63,753 nucleotides of DNA, from assembly GCA_016930435.1 (NCBI GenBank), contig JAFGGQ010000010.1, forward strand, positions 1-63,753. The letters are read 5' to 3'. A model generated the notes under the pieces. The model did not search any database. It was not told the origin of the DNA and worked only from the letters and a program-made list of their open reading frames with translations. The stretch comes from a bacterium. Its GTDB lineage: Bacteria; UBP14; UBA6098; JAFGQG01. Positions 29,465 to 39,400 of this stretch are shown piece by piece. A program made the translations under genes and the position numbers. Position 1 is the first letter of the stretch, and every line of letters starts with the position of its first letter.

Positions 29465-32400
29465 TTGAGCCAGGTCGTAGTGAGTTGGCAGGGAAGCCAC
29501 ATTCAAGGGTTTAACGCCTTCCAGAACGTTAATGCCGGTCAGGTATTCGAAGATTGTACCCAATGCCATGTATTGAGTATGAGGGAACGGTCCGTCTTCA
29601 ATTGCACCCAGGTAGATAGTAGAGTGTACGGTCCGGTAGTTATCCACCTGGTAAGCTCCCATTCTGCCTGTGGCTGAATCCGGAATGAAGGTGGTATCGA
29701 AAGAGAACATGACCATATCAGCCCCATCGGGTCCGATCTCATCAATGAAGCGATCGGCGATAGTAGCGACCGGATAATCCAATTCCAGGTTATAATCAAA
29801 GAACCAATCCTGTCCTTCCAGCCACTGGACATTTCGGTCCGGGTTACCATCACTGAGGAATTCGACTCCGAACATCTGGTAAAGGTAGCGGGAGATTTGT
29901 GGGGCGTGAGTATCCCGGAAATAGTCATAACCGAAATCGGCGCCTTCCCAGTAAATCCGGCCGCCGGCATGGAGATAAGCAGCTAATTGCCGCAAGCTTT
30001 GCGTATTTATCTTGGTCTGGTCCGAATCGTATATGCCTGTACCCACGAAAACAACCAGATAATCGATAAGCCGATATTCGCTCAGGGACACATCCTGACC
30101 TGTTAACTGGTAAGGCACTTCGAAGGCTTCCAGCATTCGAACGTGTGAAGCCTCAACGCCTTCAGTGCCCCCGGAGCAGAGCCGCGCGCTATTATCGAAA
30201 TCGTAAACCAGAACCAGGGGGTCGGTACTATTAGGCCTTGGATTACCGATAGCCCAGTTGGATAAGTCGCTGTAACCCTCTGCATATTTTGCCCGAACCC
30301 AGTATGTATTAAAATCCCAGTTGTCAACATTGTGATCGATGAAACTGCGCACCCATCCGGGAACATACCCAATGCTGTCCACAGAGAATGTCCCCCGGTA
30401 TATTATATACCCTTCGAGGGTTGCTTCAGAAGATTCGGGAGCATCCCAATACATGGGAACCCTTTTCTCCAAACCATTAATAACCGTCAGGTTAAGGGGT
30501 GGATTCAGGTCTCCGGCATAAGCTATCAAAGTGAAGTCAAGTACCAGATCATCATCGAGGTAGATTATCGTATCCTGTGGAATATATCCTGGTTTGCGGA
30601 GGTATAAGTGATACTCCCCGGGCAAATTATCTAAAAAGCCGTAGTAACCATCCTCGGCAGTAATCACCGAATCAATAAAACCGTCCTCGATTCGGATCAT
30701 CGAACCCTCGAGGGTAGCCGGTTCATCTGATAAGTAGATAGTACCTGTTATATCATAGCGTTGAAAACGGAGGAATATATTCAACACTTCTTCTTCTTCA
30801 TCCAGATAGATGTTCGTATCCAGTGCTTCATATCCTTCCCGCCGGAGGGAGATCAGATAGGTTTGGTGCATTACCAGATTGGTATAGAGGAATTCTCCGA
30901 AAATATTGGTATAAAATGTATCTACTCCATTCATCAATACCATAGTTCCTTCCAGAGGATCTTCGCCCTCCAGTGTAACCAACCCATATATGCTTCCACG
31001 CTGAGCGATCAAGGTGGTATTTACAACTAAATCATCGTTGATGACTGCTATGGTAGTATCATAGGGGAAAAATCCCAGGTGGTAAAAGCTCATAGGATAT
31101 TCACCGGGAACGATGTTATAGAAAATATAGTAACCGTCTTCATTGGTATAAGCAGTATCTCCATTCAGGGTAACCATAGTCCCTTCGTAGTGTTCTTCGG
31201 GGAGTCCATCCAGGACGACCGTTCCGGAGATTGTATAAGCTAATGGGTTCAGCTCGAAATCGTGATACACATCGGAAAGGATGGCGATATTCAGGGAAAC
31301 GGTTTCGTAGCCATTGCGGGAGACGTAGAACTGGTATATTCCGGAGGGGATATCACAGAGTTCGTAAAAACCGGTGGAATCGGTTGTGGCGCTGATCTCC
31401 AGTTCCGGGCAGCTTATGACGCTTCCGTAGAGATCATCGGAGCCATCCGAGAGGTTAACGAATCCTGATAAGCACCATCGGTCGGGCCCGGTCAGCCAGA
31501 AGTGTATTATAGCCCTTCCTATACCCACGAAATCAAGGCTGGAATTACGCCGCATATTCAACCATTCGGAGGGGGGGCTGATAAAATCAGTAAATCCTAT
31601 ATAGAAATTACCTTCCTCGGGGAGTAATTCGGGATACCAGGTCAGCCAGCTATGGGCTTCTTCATCATAGGGGAAATACAGCATATATGCTTCCCAGTAG
31701 AGTGATTCTGCCAGGGAGTAGCGAATGTCCTTCAGGAGGTTGGGGAAATCGGGATCATCGATCACAAAATATGTATATGGATTATCGCCGGGGGGCATTG
31801 GGGGTGAAAGCATATCCAGCCCTGCGTCGAATAGCTCGGTACCCACTTCATCAGCGCCAAAGACCAGTTCAAAGCGTGTGGGCTCGGTGAAGGGATCCGG
31901 GGTTGTCCATACGAACAAGGTGTCCATCCATTCGGGTGCAACAAAGTAGCCGGTAGTGAAGCGCAAGGTGGACGTTGCCCAGTTGGGCGGGGATGCAAGG
32001 TCTAAAACATCCAGCACGACCTCGATAGCGCTGATCTGTGGAAAATCGACTGGCGGATCATAATAAACCCAAATATAATCTTCATATTCTTCGATTATCA
32101 ATGCCGAGGAAACATCCGTGCTGTTCACGTGCATCACTATGCTTTCAAGGTCCACACCGGTTTCGTAGTCGGTTATAAAGACTGATATATTTGCGGATAC
32201 GGAGATCCCCATAGCGCCATTTTCAGGATTCCAGTTGTAGATCACGGGCGGGTTGGAGTCCACGACAGCCCGGATCGATTTGATCCAGATAACTTCTCCG
32301 ATCAGAACCCCTGTCAGGGAGTTAACAGCGGACATATCGAACCAGGTTTCGGGAATATCTGCGGGATATGCGGAGCCTATCATAAATGTATAACCGGTGG

Positions 32401-33529
32401 GCAGCATTTCCGGGTTCCAGTTAACGCCATTATAAGTAAATCCGCTGCCTATGTTAATTTTCCAGTAATCGAGGTTTAAAGCTGAATTATGAATATCCCG
32501 GAAAAGCATTGTAAAATAGGAATATTCCGGATCCGAAATAGGGAAATAAGCGTAAGGCATACCCGGTGGCGGAGGGGGCAAGGGTGTATCAAATCCATAA
32601 TCGAAACCATCAGATGCGGCGGGGTCCCCTCCATAGGAAATGGGGAAGAAAGCAGTATCTGCACCACCCATGGTTGACCAGACGGTTAGCGGCACCTCCC
32701 ATTCGGTAACATAAGAAGGTTCATCCAGGGTTTTGAAGGTAATCGCATGGTCAAGTGTATTAGGAGGATAAGCCAAATCGTTCACCACTACCCTGACTTC
32801 CACCCATGAGTTCAAGGGATAAGGTTCGTCAGGGCTGTAATAAAGGGAATATTCACCGGAACTCTTGGCAATCGAGAGGTCTTCCGTTACTTCCTCCCCT
32901 TCCACGAAGAAGTGCAGACTCTCAATGTTCACTCCGGTCTCATCGTCCATTATAGTAACTGAAATAGGGGTATTGGGGTAATTATCTTCAGAACCGGGGA
33001 GAGGGTCCCATTCGCTTACATAGGGAGGCGAGGTCCCTTCGATACCGTCGGGGCTATATTGGATCTCAAGCATTTGAGCGGGGGCGAACTCAAGTGAACT
33101 AATAGACCTCATATCCTGCCAAACAGTCGGATACTCGCCTGGGTAGAAAACCGCTATTCGGAAATCGCCCCGGGGCAACAAATCTGGATTCCAGTACAAG
33201 ACCTGGGGAGCAACCCCTCTCATTAGCATAACCTGCCATGTATAGAGCTCCTCAGAATCTCCCCGAATATCAGTAGTAAGCATACTGACATAAGGATTCA
33301 TGGGATCTGATATGGGAAAGTATGCATAGGGATTTATAGGAGGAGGAATAGGTAAATTCACATCAAGACCCATATCATAAGAATCGGTAGCATAGGGTGA
33401 GGTTCCCAGGATCAAGGGCAAACTAAGTCCACCGGAAACCGTCTGCAGATCAACTCGCCAAGCTTCGGCAAAAGCCAAAACAGGAAGTAAGAATATTATT
33501 ATGATACAAATAGTTAATTCTTTACGCAT
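29207..33529 (-). CDS. Giant secreted multidomain surface protein (1440 aa) with T9SS sorting domain
   Basis: The signal peptide is MRKELTICIIIIFLLPVLAFA. There are three copies of the ~140-aa module (33056..33463, 32276..32707, 31496..31936), the first two each followed by an SbsA-type Ig-like domain (PPYVSEWDP.., PPVIYNWNP..). Next come four CarboxypepD_reg-like beta-sandwich repeats (30521..31474) and an FN3-like segment. The protein ends with an alpha/beta module (29525..30223) and the CTD. Confidence 0.85.
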   Translation of the reverse strand: MRKELTICIIIIFLLPVLAFAEAWRVDLQTVSGGLSLPLILGTSPYATDSYDMGLDVNLPIPPPINPYAYFPISDPMNPYVSMLTTDIRGDSEELYTWQVMLMRGVAPQVLYWNPDLLPRGDFRIAVFYPGEYPTVWQDMRSISSLEFAPAQMLEIQYSPDGIEGTSPPYVSEWDPLPGSEDNYPNTPISVTIMDDETGVNIESLHFFVEGEEVTEDLSIAKSSGEYSLYYSPDEPYPLNSWVEVRVVVNDLAYPPNTLDHAITFKTLDEPSYVTEWEVPLTVWSTMGGADTAFFPISYGGDPAASDGFDYGFDTPLPPPPPGMPYAYFPISDPEYSYFTMLFRDIHNSALNLDYWKINIGSGFTYNGVNWNPEMLPTGYTFMIGSAYPADIPETWFDMSAVNSLTGVLIGEVIWIKSIRAVVDSNPPVIYNWNPENGAMGISVSANISVFITDYETGVDLESIVMHVNSTDVSSALIIEEYEDYIWVYYDPPVDFPQISAIEVVLDVLDLASPPNWATSTLRFTTGYFVAPEWMDTLFVWTTPDPFTEPTRFELVFGADEVGTELFDAGLDMLSPPMPPGDNPYTYFVIDDPDFPNLLKDIRYSLAESLYWEAYMLYFPYDEEAHSWLTWYPELLPEEGNFYIGFTDFISPPSEWLNMRRNSSLDFVGIGRAIIHFWLTGPDRWCLSGFVNLSDGSDDLYGSVISCPELEISATTDSTGFYELCDIPSGIYQFYVSRNGYETVSLNIAILSDVYHDFELNPLAYTISGTVVLDGLPEEHYEGTMVTLNGDTAYTNEDGYYIFYNIVPGEYPMSFYHLGFFPYDTTIAVINDDLVVNTTLIAQRGSIYGLVTLEGEDPLEGTMVLMNGVDTFYTNIFGEFLYTNLVMHQTYLISLRREGYEALDTNIYLDEEEEVLNIFLRFQRYDITGTIYLSDEPATLEGSMIRIEDGFIDSVITAEDGYYGFLDNLPGEYHLYLRKPGYIPQDTIIYLDDDLVLDFTLIAYAGDLNPPLNLTVINGLEKRVPMYWDAPESSEATLEGYIIYRGTFSVDSIGYVPGWVRSFIDHNVDNWDFNTYWVRAKYAEGYSDLSNWAIGNPRPNSTDPLVLVYDFDNSARLCSGGTEGVEASHVRMLEAFEVPYQLTGQDVSLSEYRLIDYLVVFVGTGIYDSDQTKINTQSLRQLAAYLHAGGRIYWEGADFGYDYFRDTHAPQISRYLYQMFGVEFLSDGNPDRNVQWLEGQDWFFDYNLELDYPVATIADRFIDEIGPDGADMVMFSFDTTFIPDSATGRMGAYQVDNYRTVHSTIYLGAIEDGPFPHTQYMALGTIFEYLTGINVLEGVKPLNVASLPTHYDLAQNYPNPFNLNTYIGFSLKENTRAELTICDIMGKEVKVLFSQSLPAGHYIVEWDGTDAAGREVSTGIYFYTLKAGNEIISKRLTMLK

Positions 33530-33556
33530 TCTTAAACCTCCTGTAAGGATTTAAGG

Positions 33557-33808
33557 TTATTTTATAAAAAGCATATTCTTAATAATGCTCTTGGTTCCAA
33601 ATTGAAGCCTGTAGAAGTATATTCCGGATGGGGAATCGAGCTTTGAAGCATCCCAGTTTAAGCGGTATTCACCAGCTTGCAGCTGCTGATTATCGATAAG
33701 TACATCCATCTCGGTACCCATGACATTATGAATGGTGAAGCGTACTTCTCCGCTTTGAGGCAAGCTAAAGCTAAAAGAGGTAGTAGGGTTAAAGGGATTG
33801 GGATAGTT
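33557..33808 (-). other. T9SS type-A C-terminal sorting domain
   Basis: NYPNPFNPTTSFSFSLPQSGEVRFTIHNVMGTEM..YRLNWDAS..SGIYFYRLQFG..KNMLFIK. Confidence 0.8.
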
Positions 33809-35971
33809 CTGCTGCAGACCCAATTGCGCCGGGACAGTAGGCTTGTATGAGGTTATCCCTATAGTATAGCAGAAACCGGAATCTGCATTTGAGAATTCAC
33901 TTACACCGTAGTTATAAACCGCATTTACCCGGTAATAGTACCAGGTATCCACTTCGATATCCTCATCAAGGTATTCGGATGCGGATGCCGGATTCTCAGC
34001 GATAAGAGCAGCTTCGGAGGGTTCTTCAAAGTAATGGAGGCAGCGGTAAAGTTCGTAACCCAGTAGCTCCAGTTCCAATGAGGCTTTATCCTCGTATGGC
34101 GACCTCCAGGTTACCCTTATCACCTCTTCCAGGGTATCCGATGCTTCAAGGAATGACGGTGGATCAAAGTGCATTTCTTCAAGTTCGAAATCGATCATTG
34201 TATCAGAAACCAGACCTAAAACCACGGTATCCGGAAAGAATCCCTCATGGCTGGCGATAACAGTGATCTCTTCATTAATAACCTCATCGAACATGTAGTC
34301 GCCATAATAATCGGTAGTATCCATTCCTACACCCAATATCTCCACAATGCTTCCCGATAGATCACCTGTAACTCCCATAAGATATACGTTTCCCCAAACA
34401 CTGCTTGAAGTATCGTCAAGCTCAAACAGATAGAAATTTACGGTAGTATCATCGGTCAGGTTTATAATTGCGGTATCAGGATAATAACCGTCGTGGTAAG
34501 CGATAAGGGTATATTCTCCGAAGAGCACTTCAATGAAGGAGTAAAAACCGGCGATATCGGTGGTATCGACACCCACACCAACCAATTCAACAACTGTACC
34601 CGATAAATCGTCGAATATACCTTCAAGGCCGACAATACCGGTTATATTTGCGGATGTATCCACGATTATACTTTCAAGAGAGAAATTCAGCACGGTATCG
34701 CTGACCAGGATAAAGATCATGGTATCCGGGAGATAGCTATCATGTGATACAATTATCACCTGTGGTCCAAATGGGACATCAATAAAACTGTAATTGCCAT
34801 AATAATCGGTTGTATCGGTATCGAATCCGTATATCTCAACGATGCTATTAGAAAGGTCACCGGATGCACCTTCAAGCAGCACCGTTCCGGAAACATCGCC
34901 CAGTGAATCGATCAGCGGATACAGGGTAACGTTCCAGGTTGTATCTCCGATAATGCTCATGGTCGTTTCCGCGAAATCATATCCATCATGAGCAGCGTGA
35001 ATATTATAAGTCATTTCTTCCAGTCCTGTTACCTCATAGTAACCGCTTGCATTTGTGATTGCGCTTCCGTCTTCGAGCAAAATGACCAGCGAGTTTTCGA
35101 AACTTGCTGCCCCGTCCAGGTAAACATATCCAGAAAGAGTAAACCCGGTGGAGTCCGTAGCGGTTGTGAACGTAATGGTATCGGCCATGTGATTATCATT
35201 AAGGTCATCGGCATTCAAGATAATTGTTATATCAGTATTTGTAGGAAGCTCGATCATTGATGGCAGCGATACATGAAAGCCTCCGGTTATTGGCGTAATA
35301 TTAAGAAGGCTGGGGGGCACAGGCCCTACGCCGGGAACATACATTATAATGGAAGTTTCATCGACTCCGACACCCGCATCGAGCACATCAACATCTATGT
35401 CAGTATCGACCGGGACATCCGTCTCTCCATCATAAGGATTCCAGTTCATAGTATAAGGCGGATCTGTATCCTCGACGGGACCGGAGTAGCGGATCATCGC
35501 ATATTGGGCAGGCAGGAAATTAAATATATTAGTTGTCCTCATATCCGTAGCAGTTTCCCAGTTTATACTTCCTGAAGGGTATGCTGAACCTACCAGAAAC
35601 TCCCCTGTTGATGGGAGCCCGGTATTATCCCAAACCAGGTTAGGATAAGGGATACTTGGAACGCCGCCGCAAATTTCAACCTTCCAATAATTCTCAGGTT
35701 CACCAGCAGCCTGGATATCGGTATAAAGCTTATCAATCAAGGGATTCAGGGGATCATCAAGTTCGAAATAAGCATCCAGTACCATCGGGCAAGGTGGATG
35801 TATAATATCCAAAGGATCATAACCATTCAGGCCCATCGGGTTTACCCCAAAGGTCAGGAAAATAGTGTCTCCCTCGGATACATTCACCCCTAAAGGTAAT
35901 GACCATTGGGGATATGTAACAGAAAACATTAATGTAACTATTAGTCCAGCCCAACACAATTTTTTTAACAT
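33557..35971 (-). CDS. Secreted multidomain surface protein (~804 aa) with T9SS sorting domain
   Basis: I start at ATG 35971 behind AAAGGAGAG (the tracked start is TTG 35998). It contains one module (35483..35908), an Ig-like domain (DPPYTMNWNP), four tandem ~82-aa CarboxypepD_reg-like repeats (34169..35152), an FN3-like segment and the CTD. Only 27 nt separate it from the next gene. Confidence 0.85.
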   Translation of the reverse strand: MLKKLCWAGLIVTLMFSVTYPQWSLPLGVNVSEGDTIFLTFGVNPMGLNGYDPLDIIHPPCPMVLDAYFELDDPLNPLIDKLYTDIQAAGEPENYWKVEICGGVPSIPYPNLVWDNTGLPSTGEFLVGSAYPSGSINWETATDMRTTNIFNFLPAQYAMIRYSGPVEDTDPPYTMNWNPYDGETDVPVDTDIDVDVLDAGVGVDETSIIMYVPGVGPVPPSLLNITPITGGFHVSLPSMIELPTNTDITIILNADDLNDNHMADTITFTTATDSTGFTLSGYVYLDGAASFENSLVILLEDGSAITNASGYYEVTGLEEMTYNIHAAHDGYDFAETTMSIIGDTTWNVTLYPLIDSLGDVSGTVLLEGASGDLSNSIVEIYGFDTDTTDYYGNYSFIDVPFGPQVIIVSHDSYLPDTMIFILVSDTVLNFSLESIIVDTSANITGIVGLEGIFDDLSGTVVELVGVGVDTTDIAGFYSFIEVLFGEYTLIAYHDGYYPDTAIINLTDDTTVNFYLFELDDTSSSVWGNVYLMGVTGDLSGSIVEILGVGMDTTDYYGDYMFDEVINEEITVIASHEGFFPDTVVLGLVSDTMIDFELEEMHFDPPSFLEASDTLEEVIRVTWRSPYEDKASLELELLGYELYRCLHYFEEPSEAALIAENPASASEYLDEDIEVDTWYYYRVNAVYNYGVSEFSNADSGFCYTIGITSYKPTVPAQLGLQQNYPNPFNPTTSFSFSLPQSGEVRFTIHNVMGTEMDVLIDNQQLQAGEYRLNWDASKLDSPSGIYFYRLQFGTKSIIKNMLFIK

Positions 35972-36016
35972 TATCTCTCCTTTCACAGTTATTATCAATG
36001 GTATTAAATTATATAT

Positions 36017-36045
36017 AATTTATTTACTAAATGTATAATTGTCAA
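36017..36045 (-). promoter_or_regulatory. Candidate sigma70-type promoter for the 33557..35971 / 29207..33529 pair
   Basis: The minus strand reads TTGACA (36045..36040), a 17-nt spacer, then TAAATT (36022..36017). It lies between the upstream terminator and ATG 35971. Confidence 0.4.
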
Positions 36046-36100
36046 GAAAATTAATAAATACAATTATATTATAGGCTTACATACACATATAATAAAAAAA

Positions 36101-36127
36101 AAGCCCCTTGTTTCTGACAAGGGGCTT
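36101..36127 (-). terminator. Rho-independent terminator after the 1572-aa gene
   Basis: A perfect 10-bp GC-rich stem AAGCCCCTTG / CAAGGGGCTT with a 7-nt loop, 26 nt past the stop at 36153. It is followed on the minus strand by a 9-T run (and by T5 on the plus strand). Confidence 0.85.
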
Positions 36128-36152
36128 TTTATATCCGCATTGAATTTGGATT

Positions 36153-36410
36153 CTATTTCATGAACATCATCTTTACTACTTTGGAATAGGAAGGGGTTTG
36201 AAGCTGGCAGAAATATACTCCGCTTGGGAGGGTTTGCCCGGACATATCCCTTCCATCCCACATCACCGTATAGGTTCCGGCTGCTTTCAGGCCATCAATT
36301 AGAGTAACCATCTTCTCGCCATAGATATTGAAGACAGCGACCTCAACAGCCTCATCGGCAGGCAATCCGAATTGAATAGTGGTAGTGGGATTGAATGGAT
36401 TGGGGTAGTT
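36153..36410 (-). other. T9SS type-A C-terminal sorting domain
   Basis: NYPNPFNPTTTIQFGLPADEAVEVAVFNIYGEKM..YTVMWDGRDMSGQTLPSGVYFCQLQT..VKMMFMK. Confidence 0.85.
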
Positions 36411-39400
36411 CTGGTTCATTACGAAGTCAGTTGGAATATTTTCCTTTTCGTAAACATAACTAATCCCAGGTTCTATTCCGAAGAAGTTTAGAATAGCGTC
36501 GTATATTCTGGCAGGGCCAAACGGGGCGGCGACTAATTCCATAGCTCCTGCATAGCAAGCTGACAATACGGTCTGATAGCCATGGGTATAGGCAGCCACG
36601 CGCGCATTTCCGTCCTGATCGTGTAGTATCATGGTAGCGCCATCAGCATCGATCACATCAATGTATCGGTCTGCGAGTGACCCATCGTCATAGTCGGCTA
36701 CTATAAACCTGGGGCCAAAGAATGAACCGCCGACATAGGAGAACAATGAATCGACGTTACCAGTTGTTTCAACATAGCCATCTTCTATGAAAGATACTCC
36801 GAAGTAATCAAAGAAGGCTTGTTCAGTAGCGCTTCCGGATGAATATTCAGCGGCGAAGTCAGGCCCTTCAATATAGATGGGATTCCGCTCATCCAGATAA
36901 TCCATCAGCATATCCAGGCTGCTTTCGGGAATCTTGGTGTCATCGGCATCCTGAATACCAAGGCCGATGAAAATTGCTTCGTAGTCATCCAGAACATACA
37001 TATCCAGAGAGGCATCCTGGTCTGTTATGGTATAGCTTACGTCAAGGTCGTCCAGGTACATTGCCATAGCTTCATCTACACCCATTATTCCGCCAATCGG
37101 GGTAGCGCCATTATCGAAATCATAGATCAACAAGGTATTGGGATCGGGTATAGAGAGTACAGTTCCGCATGCGTATTCCCACACTTCATCACAATAGTCA
37201 TCACCATAAAATGTAACCATAGTAAAGCAATAGCTAACGCCTTCATCGAGGCCATAGACTCCCAGTCCCAGATCTCCCAGTCCGGTTCCGAACGGGATAC
37301 TTCCCAGGTAAGTCCAATCCCAGATATAATCAGAGTAGCCGTCTTCTGGGGCGATAAAGATACCTATGCTATCGCCTACTACCGTGGGCTCATCCCAGAA
37401 GAGGGTGATAAACAGTGTATCATCGATCAATGGACGGGCAAGGGTATCAGCTACTACATAAAGTTCGGGAATAAATGGTATAGCGGGAATAGTGAAGTTA
37501 TAAACAACGTCATCATCAACAGATGTAAGTGTTTCCACAACGGTGTAATAGCAATTAATACTGGCTGAGAGTATATAATCTGCACCACAGGCAAGATCGG
37601 TAAATTCATATTCACCGGTCTCATCGGTAGTAAATGGAACGCTGTTAAGTGTGATCAGAATTCCCGAGAAATCGGATACGCCTTCTAATGAGGCTGTACC
37701 TGATATTGAAACCATACGGGGCTGGAGGTTCAGGTTAACGGTCATGTGGTCCAGGAATTCGATAGTTGTATCGGCATCCAGAAAGCAGTTGTAACTTGCA
37801 GTAATGGTATAATCACCGGCATATACGCATGAATCAACGTAGTGACCGGAGGCATCAGTATAGTATGTTCCGAGGCCAGGGATCATTACCATAATTCCTT
37901 CGGCTGGTGTACCTGCAAGAGTGACCGTACCCTGAAGCATAAAACAGCCTTCAACTATGGTGAAATTAACCCCGCTCATATCACCTATAACTGTAACTTC
38001 ATCTTCCACATCGGGATAACCTATGTGAGAGATAGTAACTGTATAAGTTCCGGCATGAGCGCAATCGAACATATAGCTACCATCGTCAGCGGTTGTAGTT
38101 TCCAGGGTTTGTGTGGGAGATGTAAAGTTGACCACGGATCCACCCCATTCTCCGGAGGGTAATCCTTCAATATCTACAACGCCGGATACCTCGTAGCAGA
38201 AGAGCAGTAGTTCAGTAGTTTCCATGATTATATCTTCATCCAGGTCCACTTCAAAGCACTGGTCATAGTAACCTTCATAATGATAACAAAGGGTATAGTT
38301 AGCAGGATAATTATCAAGGAAGCAATAATCACCTGAGGCATCGGTCATTTCGGTAAGAAGTGTATCGCCTGTTCCGGTAATCATATAAACGTAAATATTT
38401 GAATAATCGGTTGCGTCTTCAAGTGTAACATTGCCGCAGAGGTCATAATAATCTTCTTCATTCCAGACGTGTACCCAAACCTGCTGACCAACTTCGACAT
38501 CGATCATACTTGTGGAGTGCATATCTACCCAAGCCGGTGAATCACCGGGATATACTGCGGCAATACTGAAATGCCAATCCTCTTCAGTAGGAAGCAGGGC
38601 AGTGGGATTCCAGCTAACCCAGTATGAGTTGCCATCGTCGGCGTTTTCCTGTTGGATAAGCCAGGTATGATCCAGCACGCCACGGTTGCGTATATCAGTG
38701 GTAAGATGATCGAACATGCAGCCGGGGTCATCGACGGGGAAGTACACGCAGAGTCCTGAAGGAGGACACAGCGGGAAACCTGCATCGTTAGGGTCACAGC
38801 CAATAGCGCCATTTTCCGCGGTGCCGATAACCAATGAGTAGAGGTTTTCGCCGATACCATCGTCTTCATGGTAAGTTAATGTAGCTGTCCAGATAGGCCC
38901 GGGGCTGACGGAGAAGCAGATCAATGTATCCAATTCGTTAGGCGGGATAGCCTGGTCTAAAGCAATTATCCTCACGCAAACTGTGCTGTAAGGGGGAAAT
39001 GGTTCTCCGGCATGATCATATAATAATGAATATCCGCCGCATTCACCAAGGGTTCCCATGTCAACTTCGCTGGTTACATCAATACCATTAACCATCATCA
39101 TAATAGAAGCCATTTCAACACCAGAACCTGCATCACAGATCTCAACATATACCGGTTCAGTGACATCTACTCCGGCTGCACCATTAATAGGATCGCTGTC
39201 GAGAACATAAGGGGCTGCAATGTCAAGTGTATCTGTAAAGTATTTGATCCAAACTACTTGGCCCGGGGAGAATGGTAAAGAATTGTACAGGTGCATATTG
39301 TACCAGTTATCTTCTGCGGGAGGGGTAAGGGAATCGCCCAAACCTATAAAGTAGGTTAATCCGGAAGGAAGCTCATCATTGTCCCAGTAAGTTCCCAGAT

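Noticed and set aside
36064-36261. A 65-aa minus-strand ORF spanning the end of the 1572-aa gene and its terminator.
   Set aside because: It lies out of frame over a supported CDS and runs through the hairpin and T-run, so it is an artefact.
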